Position numbers and translations under genes: made by a program. Shown in pieces: positions 12,780 through 26,340 of a stretch of 64,000 bases of DNA. The notes under the pieces were generated by a model, which was not told the DNA's origin, made no database searches, and was given only the letters and a program-made list of their open reading frames with translations. This DNA is from Octopus sinensis (taxonomy: Eukaryota): contig NC_042999.1 of the NCBI RefSeq assembly GCF_006345805.1, forward strand, positions 140,678,001 to 140,742,000. The letters run 5' to 3'. Positions within the stretch are counted from its first letter, which is position 1. Each line of letters begins with the position of its first letter.

Positions 12780-13365
12780 AAATAGTCTTTGTGTGTGATA
12801 GATATGCTGGTACAATAAGACTAAGAATGTATAGGAAATAAACTCCCTAAAATGTCCAGGGGGATCCTTAGAGATAGTAGATAGTTTTCATTATCTAGGT
12901 AACCAAATTAGCAGTAGAGGAGGTTGCTCTGAAAGCATAGTTGCTAGAATAAAAACTGGCTGGGCAAAGTTTAGATAGCAATTACCTCTGTTGGTAACAA
13001 AGGACTTCTCCCTCAAGTGAAGACAGATTGTATGCTGTCTGTGTATGGGTAGCTATGCTACATGACAGTGAAACATGGGCTGTGACTGCAGATGGCATGC
13101 AAAGGTTTGAAAGAAATGAAGCCAGCTTGCTTTGCTGGGTATGCAATACCAGTGTGCATGTATGACAAATTTTCTCCTAAGAGAAAATTTGGATATAAGA
13201 AGCATCAGATGAAGTATGTAAGAGAGAAGAGTGCATTGGTATGGCCATGTGATGCATATGGATGAAGACAGCTGTATAAAGAAGTGCCAATCTCTAATTG
13301 TGGAGGGAACCTGTAAATGAAGACCCAGAAAGATGTGGGACAAAGTGGTTAGAAATGATCTTTCT
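12780..13365 (+). mobile_element. Degraded RTE ORF2 C-terminal fragment
   Basis: LKCPGGSLEIVDSFHYLGNQIS, MLHDSETWAVT, HWYGHVMHM, RPRKMWDKVV. Confidence 0.85.
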
Positions 13366-13489
13366 TTTCCTATGGGACAGCCAAGTATTTTCTCTATAGC
13401 AAGATACCTATTTCAATCTCTCTATTATTCTTTAACCTCTCAACTGGTGCAAAGCCACCCCCTCAATGCTACTCCCCCTCCCAGTCAGG

Positions 13490-13651
13490 GGTTTTAGTCT
13501 TGCAAGTTACTTGATGACCCTGCTGGTGCTGGTACTATGTAAAAAGGACTTAGTAGAGCCTGGTGCAGTTCTCTGGCTTGTCAGCTCCTGTCAAAACATC
13601 CAACTCTTGACAGCATGGATAATGGATGTTAAATGATGACAATGATGATGA

Positions 13652-13655
<4 letters not shown>
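13490..13655 (+). mobile_element. RTE 3' tail remnant
   Basis: GAGCCCTGGTGCAG..CATCCAAC..AGCATGG..GATGTTAAATGATGA tail, like 590-698. Confidence 0.6.
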
Positions 13656-13687
<32 letters not shown>

Positions 13688-13690
<3 letters not shown>

Positions 13691-14029
13691 TGCAGGTGTG
13701 GCTGTGTGGTAAGTAGCTTGCTTACCAACCACATGGTTCTGGGTTCAATTCACTGCATGGAACCTTGGGCAAGTGTCTTCTACTAGAGCCTTGGGCTAGC
13801 CAAAGCCTTGTGAGGGGATTTGGTAGATGGAAACTGAAAAAAGCCTGTCGTATATATATGTGTGTGTGTTTGTACCCCCAGTATCTCTTGACAACAGATT
13901 TTGGTGTGTTTATGTCCCTGTAACCTAGCAGTTTGGCAAAACAGACCAATAGAATAAGTACTAGGCTTACAAAGAATAAGTTCTGGGATCGATTTGTTTT
14001 ACTAAAGGCGGTGCTCCGGCGTGACCACA
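13688..14029 (+). mobile_element. Abundant octopus-type tRNA-derived SINE
   Basis: Head GGTGTGGCTGTGTGGTAAG..GGGTTCAATTC; CTTGGGCAAGTGTCTTCTACT core; AATAAGTACTAGGCTTACAAAG; GGCGGTGCTCC tail. Confidence 0.8.
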
Positions 14030-14040
14030 TATATATATTC

Positions 14041-14299
14041 GTTTATTTTATTTGTTTCAGTCATTTGACTGTGGTCACGCTGGAGCGCCGCCTTTAGTCA
14101 AACAAATCAATCCCAGGACTTATTCTGTGTAAGCCTAGTACTTATTCTATTGGTCTGTTTTGCCAAACTGCTAATTTACGGGGACATAAACACACCAAAA
14201 TCTGCTTTCAAGAGATATTGGGGGTACAAACACACACACACATATATATACGACAGGCTTCTTTCAGTTTCCATCTACCAAATCCACTCACAAGGCTTT
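14041..14299 (-). mobile_element. Same SINE family, 3' part, inverted relative to 13688-14029
   Basis: Reverse complement of 13802-14029 plus the CAGTCAAATGACTGAAACAAATAAAA tail. Confidence 0.8.
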
Positions 14300-17200
14300 A
14301 TATATATACACACATGCACACACACACATATACTCATTTATATTTTTGCATCTTTATGTGTGTCTATTTATCTGTGTATGTAAGTATGTAGGAATGTATA
14401 TTTGTGTATGTATGTATAAAGCCACACTTTTAGTTCTTGCAGACACATCACCTGCATACTGTTCCACTTTTATTTTCAGCTCTCTGCTCTGCTCTTCTCC
14501 CAATCTCTCTGCATTGACTGCTATGCTTTTTGCTAACATTCTTTGTACCAGCTCTGATTCTAGTTCCCACAATTTTGCAACTCTTTAAATTAATTTTAAT
14601 CCAACAAACTTTTATTCATTGACCAGCTCACTACTACCAACATATTTCATAAACCTCTCACTTCTCTCACTATATTTAGCCACATCATGTTTATACCCCT
14701 TTGTCACTAGCCCTTTGCTTCCTTACCCAGCCTTCTCTACTTTACCTACCTAGTACTTTTGACCACACAAACCTTCAAATCTTACCTCCTTCCACATTAT
14801 CCTACTCCAGTTAACTCAAGCCTCCTTCAACATAAGTCTCAGTATTGCATTATTTAGCTTGGCAGGTTTTCTCAAGCACAGCAAATTGCCAGATGTTTTG
14901 GTTCTTTGTCATACATGTGTGTGTGTGTGCACGTGAGCATGTGTGTATGCATGGGGATACACATATACACACACTTTTCTTTATCTATTAATATACAGAT
15001 ATATTTTATGCAGAATTTTAAATAATGTCTTAATTATATCTATACCTTCTAAAGATTGCCTTCATGTAAAAGTATTGGCTTCTTCTCCAAAAGAAGGTTA
15101 ATTCTGCAATGTTTGGTGAAAGTCAAAAATCTGCTTACATGAAAATCACAAAATTTAAAACGCACTTACAGGAGAAAAATCAATGGTGAAGGTAAATAAA
15201 AATAAATTACAGATAGATGTGCCACATATGTAGTAGCAACTGGAAGTATAAATTTATAAGTATTACAATGAACGAAGATTTACAATGTTGCCAAATGAAA
15301 AATTGCAACTCTAGACAAGGAGTCCATATAAATAAAACATAAAATGTGCTTGTGATTACCCTAGAGACATTTATGACCTACTGCAGTTGATCAAATAATA
15401 TTATCTTACTAAAACAAACTAAGAGGTCAAACATGAAATGAAGAAACCTATCTCACTTTTGCAAGCAACAAACCAAACAAATAAATTATTTGTCATTTGA
15501 TTTTGATCAATGTCACCTGCTTGATGCATGACTATAGAAAAGTATAGCATAAACATATTGATCTCTTCACTGATCTCTTCTGACACTACTTTGAAGGTTT
15601 GCAGTATGTGTATTGAAGACAGGGTCATAGATAAGAATCATAAGAAAGGTTGTACAGAAATTGGCACCATTTTAATTGATATTTATGCCCACTATATACA
15701 TCCATAAATACATATATAGGTTTTGTTTATTTTGTTGTATAAAAGCCAAAAGGAAAAAAAGCTCAATCATCCTTGCATGAAAAATGCAGAGTCAGATATA
15801 TGTTTATTCATATGTAAGGAAAATAGGATTACATATCTAAACCATGGGTCAATTCAATTATTCTTTTGGTTGATTGCACACATCAACATATTGAGAAGGA
15901 ACAACTAATAACGCTTTAAACAACATTCACTTTGCATTCAAGCTGAAACAAACTGTAGTGAACCAGAGAAGTTTATTTAATTAAAATTATACCCATGGTG
16001 AGGAAACACTCATCAGCTTAATAATAAACTATGAGCAAGAAAGATGAGGGAAACAGCCCTCAAAATTTTAATTAAAATGAATTAACCAGTGTGTGTGTAT
16101 AGGAATGTGAGTGTGAATATGCATGTAGCTATTGTGCTTAAGTTGGACAGAATGAGAAGAAAAGCTGATGACAGTTTTATGGCTTTCTGCAGCCTTGAGG
16201 TTTGTCTCCTATCTCATTTAACTGACAAAATATCTGCTTGGTTTTGATGACCTTTAATGTCAACACCATGTCTGTGATTCTTGTATGTTCTCGATGTCAA
16301 TATTAGCTGTAAGCTAATTTAGATAAATGATTTTAAATAATATAACCATTTGATCTCTTTCCTTCTTGCAAGACCGTTCAAGCCACACCTTCTAATCTTC
16401 CTATAACTTTGAATGTTATTCTCTAAAGAATCCACCAACATCAGATTTATCTTGTTTGATCTATGAAACTTCACCTGTTTGACATCTTACCTGTTTAAAA
16501 TTTTACCTGAAGATTGTGGATTATATGCTATGATATAATCTATGTATACCCCAATAAAATTCAACTGAAACAGCTGTTGTAAATTTTAAATGTTTTTTGT
16601 GTTCTCTTTTTGTACCTACATCACACCTGAAACCAACTTCAGAGTTAGATCTACAGCTTAAATTGGATTTGGTATTCACATATCTACAGTATCCGACCAA
16701 CACTTGGTACCTTCCATTGTTTACCTCACTGTGAACTCGCCATTTCTGGTATCCTGTGTGTTGAAGTGGCTAGGTTCCATTGAATCCTTATAACTAATTC
16801 ACACACACACAGCGTTTGTTTCAACATTTTCAGTTGTTCAGTAAAATGCTAGTATTATAATGTAATAGAAAGTATAAACCTTTGACTTTAGAGAATAGTA
16901 TGTTATCATATTAATCTAACAAATAAATGTAGTTGTCAAATATTCAATCACAGTGGATAGCAGTCAGCTGGACAGATACAGTATGTAGTTATCTTCAAAG
17001 TATTGACATTTCCAAGAACCACAGGTGTAATTAATTAAAATTTCTTGGTTCACTGCATTAATATGTTAGCAATGATTCTATCATTTGGTTTTTGTGTGGA
17101 GTAATTTTTCCCATTCCTTTTAAGTTATCATGTCATGCAATCTGTAGTCACAAAACATCTATATTTTCTGAACTCATCTGTCTGGCAAAGACTGCTTTGT

Positions 17201-19939
17201 TGAAGTTTCAAAAAGTCAAAACATGCTGGGAATTGTCACTGTACTGTCAAAGCCAGAATCTCTTCCCACTACATTTTCCACATTTGTTTTTAATTTGAGG
17301 ACTGTTTTCCTCATAGTTTATTATTAAGCTGATGAGTGTTTCCTCACCTTGGGTATAATTTTAATTAAATAAACTTCTCTGGTTCACTACAGTTTGTTTT
17401 TCAGCACTGATTTTTACCTTCTAGTTTCGGAATATAAAACAAAGCACAACTGTTTTCATGAATAATATATTTATCAATCTAAACCAAATGACATTTCAAG
17501 TTTCAAGAAGACTTGCTCTTTATTTGTGTCAGCAATATGAATCAAAGTCAACAGAATCAAGTCCATTGAACAAATATATGATGAAGTGTTAGCAGCAGAT
17601 TTGAACTAAAACTTTGTGAGTTGGTAGACAAATTGGTCATATATATACATATAAAATTCGGGATGTGTGGCATTCAGTTACTCCACAACTGAAAAATGCA
17701 TTAAATACTACAAAACGTACACATAAGACAGACACCAGAACCCTAATGCTTCATCAGTTATTGACTGAAAAATATAATACCTAGTTTCATGCCTTTAACA
17801 ATAAGACTAGGAACTTCGTATATCGGCGGCTTCTGCAAGATTTGCGGAGAATTAGGGCTTGAGTAAACAAAATAATACAGGGTGGACATACAAAAGTAAA
17901 CAACAGTAATTTGAAATGATAGACGAAACAATAAATAAAGCCTTGGGGTCAAACACAAGAATGATGGATTAACAACTGGGAGAAATCATCAAATGGATAT
18001 AAAGAACAGAATTGAGAAAAGAAAAAAGGTTGACCAGCATGCTAGGTGTCCAGTGGCAAAAAAAAAGATAGAAAATCAGTCACTGGTCATGTATGGGTAG
18101 AAGATAAAAGGGAAGGAATGAGAGAGAGAGAAGAGAGGAAGGAAGGGAAAAAGTCTACAATTAAGTGTAAGAAGATGAGAGAGAGAGGGGGAGAGGAAGT
18201 AGGGATGCTAGTAAAGGGATGCTACACAATGTGTAGTAAAATACTGACTAGAATATTGTACTATGAATTTAGTCGGTACAGGTAGTAGCTTTCAAGTAGT
18301 TTAATCAAAGTCTGTGGATAGAGTTGATTAGACAGTTACAGACTAATTAAATGACTAAAAATGAAGTCCATAGGTAGACACAGAATAGATGTGCATCCTC
18401 TTTATATATACTTGTGTTCCAGAGTATAAGTTAAGAAATAAATTTGTTCATTATTTTGTGTCAGATTGTTACATTGAGATTGACTTGTACCTCCTTAATG
18501 CTGTCTACATAGATTTATTGTGGTCATATTTAAAGGATATTCTTTTTAAAATGGTTCAGTCAGAAGAGGAATAGCAGCATTTATAACCTTTTTCAGATTC
18601 TCTAAGACTATTGGAAGGAACAGACTCCTCTACAGATACTCAAGGGCCAAGTGGTGATGCTATGATAAGATATAATGTTAATTATAAATTTGAGTAAAGG
18701 ATAGGTGTCTACAAGTGTCATTTGAATGGGTGTTTACTTAGATACAAATTTGATAATGATTCTATCTTTTTTAAGAAGCATTAGCAGTGTAATTGGTGCC
18801 AACTAAAAATTAGAAGGTAACTTTAAAAAGTTATAAAATGAAATTATTTTTCACTTATCCACAAGAACTTGCATTTATAAAGATAGAAAATGAAATTGTA
18901 CTATATTTATGAATTTCTGTAGGCATTTAGTGCCTGACTGAAATAAGATGGTTAAAACTATGAATTGGCACTTGTTTGTGAACTTAGCGAAAGCTTAGCT
19001 CTTTTACTCAACCAATTTGAACTATTTCAAAATATCTAGATTATTTTCTGTGATAATAGAAGCAAAAAATAAAATTCATACAACCCATCAGATTGTGGAA
19101 TACTTCTGAGTTATTCAATATGTCTGAAATTACTTGAATTTACTCAAAGCATACAAATTACTCAAAACATTCTCAAGGTATTAGTGAAGCATATTGGCTC
19201 CATTAGTAATCAAAGATTGCAATCTTAGCTACACTTACTCTATAATGCTTCTACATAATTTACAGTGGAAAGAATGAAGGAAAAAAAGAGAAAATGGAGA
19301 GAAATTAAGAAATAACTGATAATTTCTTTAAGCAACATATATTGTCTTTAAAATTAATAGTTTTCAACATGGATTCAGTTCACTTCATTTTCATCTGCAG
19401 AATCTACTTTAAAGAAAATAATTTCTGGAAGTTACCACTGGCAATTTTGGCAACACACTTGACAGATGTTATAATTGCATTTCTCCAAAAATTCAGATCC
19501 GTTATGACCTTCAGCTTAGGCCTAAACTAACATTACAATTTTATCACCTACTTCATGACGGGAGATTTTTTCTGAAACCGTTTCTAAACAAACTTAATAG
19601 TTTCCAATATAACAACCTAAATACTCACCTAACAAATTTCTTATATAAAAGGCATCTAGTTATCAGTTCTTTTGAAGAATTTGCCCTTTCTTCTTCCTCC
19701 CCTTAATCTCTCTCATCCATTCTGTTTATTGAAAAGCATTTAAATCAGTATTGGAGACCATTTTCTCTTCTCTCTCTCACTCACACACACAGATTCACTC
19801 ACACTCACTCACTAACAAACTGATACAAAAGCAGACATCTAAATACACACACATTCATAAATATGTATATATATAACTGTATGTATTCAAAAACAGAAAG
19901 AAAATAAGCAGCAAAAGAGTAACTTAGAGACAATGACAA

Positions 19940-19982
<43 letters not shown>

Positions 19983-20639
19983 TATGAAAAAAGAGATGCA
20001 TTAGTCAATGTTTGCACATCTGTGTAATATGTAAGTGTTCATGCGTATGCATGTACTTTTATATTCGTAAATTCAGAAGCTCCTAAAATTACTAATTGTT
20101 GCATGATGTAGTTTGATATATTTATATAAGGGTTTGGGCAGAGAAGTAAAATACCTTTTTGGAATTTAGAGTATTTTACACACAGACACATGTCTGTGTG
20201 TATATAAATAACAAAGTGAATGGTACCTGTGGATGAGGAAGATCAGGAAAGACTTGGAACGAAGTGGTAAAAAATAATCTCAAGGAGATGAGAGAAGACT
20301 GAGATATGTGGTACTACAGAAAACCCAATCTCCAGCATCAGGTAGCACAACATCTCCTGTTCAACCTTCTCTACCATCCTATCACTTTATAACTCTTTCA
20401 TTAATCCCTGACACTATTTTTTATTTTCCCTTTTACTGCCCTCTTCCCTAACATTATCTCTGTTAGACTCTCTCCTATCATCCACTCTCAAACATAATCC
20501 TGAGTAAACTCTAATAAGAACTATCTTGGACCCTAATGAACTATCCAATCCATGCTGGCATGGCAGACAGACTGACCACTCCATCATTGATTTCATCTAA
20601 TCAACCCACCCCATTATCATTATTACTTTCTCTCCCTTC

Positions 20640-21005
20640 TTCACACGCGTGGTTGTGTTGTAAGAAGTTTGCTTTCAACCACATGTTTCTAACTTCAATC
20701 CCACTGTGTGGCACTTTGGGCAAATGTCTTCTACTATAGTCATGGGCCAACCAAAGCTTTGAGTGGATCTGGTAGACAGAAACTGAAAGAAGCCCACTGT
20801 ATGTGCGTGTTCCCATTACCACTAGATAACCAGTGTTGGTTTGTATATGCTTCCATAACTTGGCAGTTTTTCAATAGAAACCAATAGAATAAGTACCAGA
20901 CTTAAAAAAAACTAATGGAATTCATTTGCTTTGATACACTATTTGAGGCAATACCTCAGCATGGCAGCAGTCTATTGACTGAAACAAGTAAAGTATAAAG
21001 GATAA
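20640..21005 (+). mobile_element. Octopus-type SINE (degraded)
   Basis: TTTGGGCAAATGTCTTCTACTATAG core, AATAGAATAAGTACC, GCATGGCAGCAGTCTATTGACTGAAAC tail. Confidence 0.7.
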
Positions 21006-22368
21006 AAGTTGGTCCAATATTTTGTCGGAATACCAATGAAGGTTTTCTTCATTCAAGAAAATCATCTAGCTTGAACTCATCTTTCTGCTTCAGTAACTAA
21101 CCATAACTAAATCTACAGGCATGAAGTTTATGTTAGAGAAGAAGAAATGGTAAATTGTTATGTTCATGCATCTCCTAAGAACATTAATAAAAGGAAATGG
21201 CACCAACTGAAAATCAAAAATGGGTTGCAAACTTAGCATACTTTACAGCATACATCCCACACTTGAAGGTATTTCAATATACAGCTCATAGACTTTCAGT
21301 TTAAAACTACTAGAGGCAATCTGCTAAGTATTTGGACTTGATACTTTATTCTACACACTTCACTTTTCCTAGCTGTTAGCGATAGTTACTAGATCTACAG
21401 AGAATGCTATCAATGATATTCAAGGGAAGATTTATCTCTTATCTGCTTAATGCCATGAAATCAAAGCTAAGAACAAGGCTATGAAAGGAAAGGTTATGGT
21501 TTCACCATGTATAAATGAGAGGGAGAGGATACCATTATTAAGTCATTGATTTCTTTTAATCTAGTGTAAACAACCTAACTACATTTAATGGGTCAACCTA
21601 ACTATATCAAATGATAATCAATAATTATAACCTTTTGTAATTACATTTAATCACTATAACCATAACATTCATTTAATAATTAATTACGAAGCATGTAACT
21701 ATGTATAACTATATTATCATAATGACCACATTATTTCATTAAACCTGTAGCCTACTTTTAATAAAGTGACTAGTACACATCATCATAAAAAAAAATTATG
21801 TATGTTTGACAATAAACTAATAGACTACAAACCAAGGAGGGAAACATTAGTTGGTTGCTCAATCTTCAGCATATAGAAGCCAAATCTCAAATCATATCTT
21901 TCTGTCTAAAAAGAGAAATAGGCTGTTGGATAATGTAAACCTAGAGTGGTCACTGCTGGAATGTCTTTGATTATAGTTCTACTTGATCAGAACTGATAAA
22001 TTTGACGATGTTTTTATGATGTAGGGAGAAGAAGAATTTGACATTTTGAAATTGATTCTTCGTCTGAGATGAAAGAAATTTTAAGTCTCTTTTCCCTCAA
22101 AGTGTCAATCCCAAAATATCAAATTTCTTTCTCCTCATGGCATACAAACTTATCCAGTTTCATGAACTTCACTGTATAACTTTTACCATGTTGATCATCA
22201 CTAGTTTCCTTGAATTCTGTTTTTTTTTTCTTTTTTAATGCATACTATTCTATAAAAATGAAATCTTGAGTGGCTTGGATATTGAATCACCAGCTCACAA
22301 GTCAAAATTTGTAATTACTGCTGGCATTTAATTATGCCTGTGAGTATTACATATTGTCAGTACTTTAA

Positions 22369-22591
22369 CCCTTTAGCATTCACATTATTCTCTGTCAATT
22401 GTAACGCTTATTTATTCACATTGCTTTGAATTAAGCATGCATTGTGCAGTAGCTATGAGATTTCAATGATGTGATAGTCTATTTTTTGAATGACATTGTA
22501 GGGCAAGCGTAACAGGCCAGATCTGGCCACTTTGGACATAAAATAGGTAGAATATATTGGGCCGGATATGACTGGTTTAAATGCTAAAGGG
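22369..22591. mobile_element. piggyBac-type MITE, 223 bp
   Basis: TTAA at 22365-22368 and 22592-22595; TIRs CCCTTTAGCATT / AATGCTAAAGGG. Confidence 0.88.
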
Positions 22592-24313
22592 TTAATTTTT
22601 TTTAGTTATTTGAGTCATGTTCTAGATCTTCTGTGAATGTTACTTACAACAGAGTAACACCCTATAATTAGAGGGGGTGGTTTATCATATATCAACTTAA
22701 TGCTATAATAGCTGTGCCTTTCCTTTTTCTTTATATTTGTCATTTTAAAATTATAATCAATTCCCAAAACCATAGCTATCTATCTATAACTATCTAGAGA
22801 GGTGCAACTGGCTAAGGTGATTACTGCTGAAAAATTGATAATTTGTATCTTGTAGCCAGTGTTACTCTGAAATCCTTGACCTAAACCATAGCACTGTAAA
22901 TAGGTACTATGATTATGCAACACTCACTCTTGCAAGAAGATAGAGCAGTGTATAAAATCAAGAGCTTGCAGTGCTAATTCTAAATCCTCCTATGCACATG
23001 AGCTTTTACATAAACACTCAAGTTACAGTCTTGATTCAACCTATTTAATAATTTCCATCCCAAATAAGCTTAAGATGACTGATATGTTGTCAAGATGATC
23101 TCGATTCAATCAGAATTAACACCACATTCTTTATTTCCTTTGTTAAAATGCATATTATCCAAGCAATTAGTTAGCTTAGTAGTAGAGTGTGTGGTAGACT
23201 TAACCATCACCTAATTTAGCACCTTCATCTAGCAGAGCCCACTCAGTTGTAAGCATTCAGGTTTGATTACAGATAGCTTAATATACTGCACTGTTTCCTT
23301 CTGGGGTAATCTATGAGCTACAGCCTTTCTCCACAGACTAAGCTAAAAAAAAAAAAAAAATTAAAATGCATCAAATATTTTTCAGGTTGATACACTAGGA
23401 CAAACTAAGTGTTTTATTACATATATATCCTTTAAATGGTATAAGTTCAATAGAATACTGAATTAGATAATACATAGTGTTTAGTTTTGCTACTTACTTC
23501 CAGGGTCAATATAATAACAACTAGTGATAAAATAGAGACAACTTGATTACCTTTATCATTCACTCTACAAATACATGATATGTCTATTTCAGAAATCAAT
23601 ATTAAAAATCTTTTTCACAAGTTCTAGAATAAAACATCTTTGATTATATATTTATATATAACAATATACGTAAAGGAGAAAGATTTCATTAACAGTCTCT
23701 TTAAAATGTAACAAATATAGTTGAGATATATTCTGTGTCCTTTCAAGCCATGCCATTTCTTGACAAAAAAGAAAGTGTAAAAGAATTTGATAATTGATAA
23801 TGTTTAATTGAATTTCAATATTATCAAATATATCCTTAAAATATAAAATAATTTTAGAACTGTAATGTAATCAATTTAGAAATTAATAACTGCTGCTGTT
23901 ACTGCAACTACCATTACTACTACAACAACAAATTTCACAAACTGAGAGAATGAAATTAACTTATTTTCCAGTAGTCAAGGTAACTCTCTTAAGCTCAGAC
24001 TGATGCAAGTGGAAAAGGCTCTTTAATCTAATCTTAGACTACCTACCTGATGTTGGTGATGTGATGGAAAATGTGTTGTTTTTTTCCCCCATACACCTGG
24101 CAACAAAGAACTTACCAATTGTATGGAAAAGAATGCAATGGGTAAAATAAAGACAATGCAGAGATTGTTTCTTAAGTCTTGTTAGGAATTAGACTGCTGT
24201 GATGCCAGTGTCTGAATGAACAACATAATGTAGGGAGAAAAGACTCTTTTGTCTTCCTGGGGTGAAGATTACCTTTCATGGCTGGTGCTACAACTAAAAT
24301 GCACCTGATTCAT

Positions 24314-24988
24314 TCAAGAGGTAAAGGACCTGGGTATCTTGGTGGATTCCTCCTTTTCGCCTTCGGCCCAGTGCGTCCATGCTGCCAACAAAGCACGCGG
24401 AATTCTGTTCTTGATTCGACGGTCATTCGGAATGCTCACAGCAGCCATATTCCTACCACTCTATGTCACGCTGGTGAGACCCATATTGGAATACGGGATT
24501 CAAGCCTCTTCTACTTATCTCCTCAAAGACATACAGCATCTCGAAAGAGTCCAGAAGCTGGCTACCCGCATGGTTCATGGTCTCAAAAATTTGTCCTATG
24601 AAGAAAGGCTGAGGACGCTCGACCTTTATTCTCTAGAAAAACGCCGCCGCCGTGGTGATCTCATTCTCGCCCACAGCATCATAAGCGGAAAGTGTAACCT
24701 CTTGAAAGAGCTGTTCTTCACTCCTGCTCCAGAGCGTCGGCTGCGGGGTCATTCCGAAAAGCTCTACCTGCGACGATTTCATCTCAATCGAAGGAGAGGA
24801 GCTTTCTCCGTCTGGGTTGCGGATCCGTGGAACAAGCTGCCAGACGATATGGTGAAGATGCCGACGACTGCTTTGTTCAAAGCCTCCCTTGACCTCAAGT
24901 GGCCTGAACTCTTTACATGAACACCACCCTGTACTTAACTCCATGTCCCCCTACATGGCCTTGCTATTTAAATTAACTAACTAACTAA
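24314..24988 (+). mobile_element. 5'-truncated CR1-clade LINE (ORF2 C-terminus, short 3' UTR, (TAAC)n tail)
   Basis: KDLGILVDS, LYVTLVRPILEYG, LERVQKLATRMV, LSYEERL, LEKRRRRGDLI, WNKLP; open frame 24339-24920; CpG-rich. Confidence 0.92.
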
Positions 24989-25884
24989 GAGAGTGGTTTA
25001 TGAAAGGAAAATGAAGAAAGGGACATACATGAAAGACGAAGTCCCCAAATCATCAAAGATTAACTCTGAATAAGAAATGGTTCTGACCTTGATGACATGC
25101 TCAACTCATACAACCATGGGAAAATGGAAAAGCAGATTTAACAGTAGTGATGTCCATCATCATTATTTATCAAAATTAGATTAATGCATGTTTTTCTATA
25201 CTTGTGGGGGTAGACACATCTTGTTATGTACCTCTCATATGTAAGATTCTCAAGTTTGCTCAAGTAATCTTTGACCAGCAACAAGAGCATGTACTTTAAT
25301 TCACTGATTCACAATGCATTTTAGCACATCTTACTTATCCATACCAACATGTAACATCTCTCTTATATATATCAGTTAATGTTTTTGATATTCAGCTGTT
25401 TTCTCAACTCATCCATTTACAAGTTTAGGGTTTCATACAAGTTAACATGGGTCATTCAGTTGATGATATTTAGCACCACTTTTTTATTGGTTTGGTTTGG
25501 GAGAAGGGCGTGTGTCCATGGCTTTTGCAAGCTATCAAGATTGGTAAAATTAATGAGGCTAATAGTTCTCTTGAACAGTTGCAAAGTAGCAACTACAAGA
25601 AATGCATGGTCAAGGAAAAAATTCCCAAAGACAAGTATTCTGGAGAGGAAAGCATAATGGTTGGTGAGGGGTTGGTGGGGGAGGGATTAGGAGTGATGAG
25701 AGAAAGTGAGTGAGTGAAGATCATCCAACTTTAAATAGTAGAGGTTATCATAGTAGTAACAATAGAAAATGTAGAGTGAAGAGACAGCATATCCTCTGGG
25801 CAAGATAAAGTGTGTTGGTAACTTCATGCCAACCAGTCAGGTAATCCCATTTGCCTATTGCCCCTGTGGATCTCACTCAACAGT

Positions 25885-26340
25885 TCATCATCATCATCGT
25901 TTAACATCTGCTTTCCATGCTAGCATGGGTTGGACGATTTGCCTGAGTACTAGCGAACCAGATGGCTGCACCAGGCTCCAATCTGATTTGGCAGAGTTTC
26001 TACAGCTGGATGCCCTTCCTAATGCCAACTACTCCGAGAGTGTAGTGGGTGCTTTTACGTGTCATCGGCACGAAGGCCAGTCAGGTGGTACTGGTAACAG
26101 CCACACTCAAATGGTGTTTTTACATACCACCTGCACAGGAGCCAGTCCAGCATACTGGCAACAACCTCGCTCGAATGTTTTTTTCATGTGCCACAAGCAC
26201 AAGTGCCAGTAACACAACGCTGGTAACGATCACGCTTGAATGGTGCTTTTTATATGTCACCGGCATGGAAGCCAGTTAGCTGCTCTGGCAACGATCATGC
26301 TCAGATGGTGCTCTTAGCATTCCACTAGCACAGATGCCTA
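25885..26340 (-). mobile_element. RTE 3' UTR copy
   Basis: (CAT)n at 25885, TTTCTACAGCTGGATGCCCTTCCTAATGCCAAC and degenerate ~60-bp units. Confidence 0.8.

Noticed and set aside
17740-17810. Minus-strand CTGATGA with an upstream GAAAC..AGTC as a hammerhead
   Set aside because: Stems I and II cannot be formed
24255-24285. Faint U1 snRNA resemblance on the minus strand next to the CR1 5' junction
   Set aside because: Short, gapped match; no 5' ACTTACCTG or Sm site
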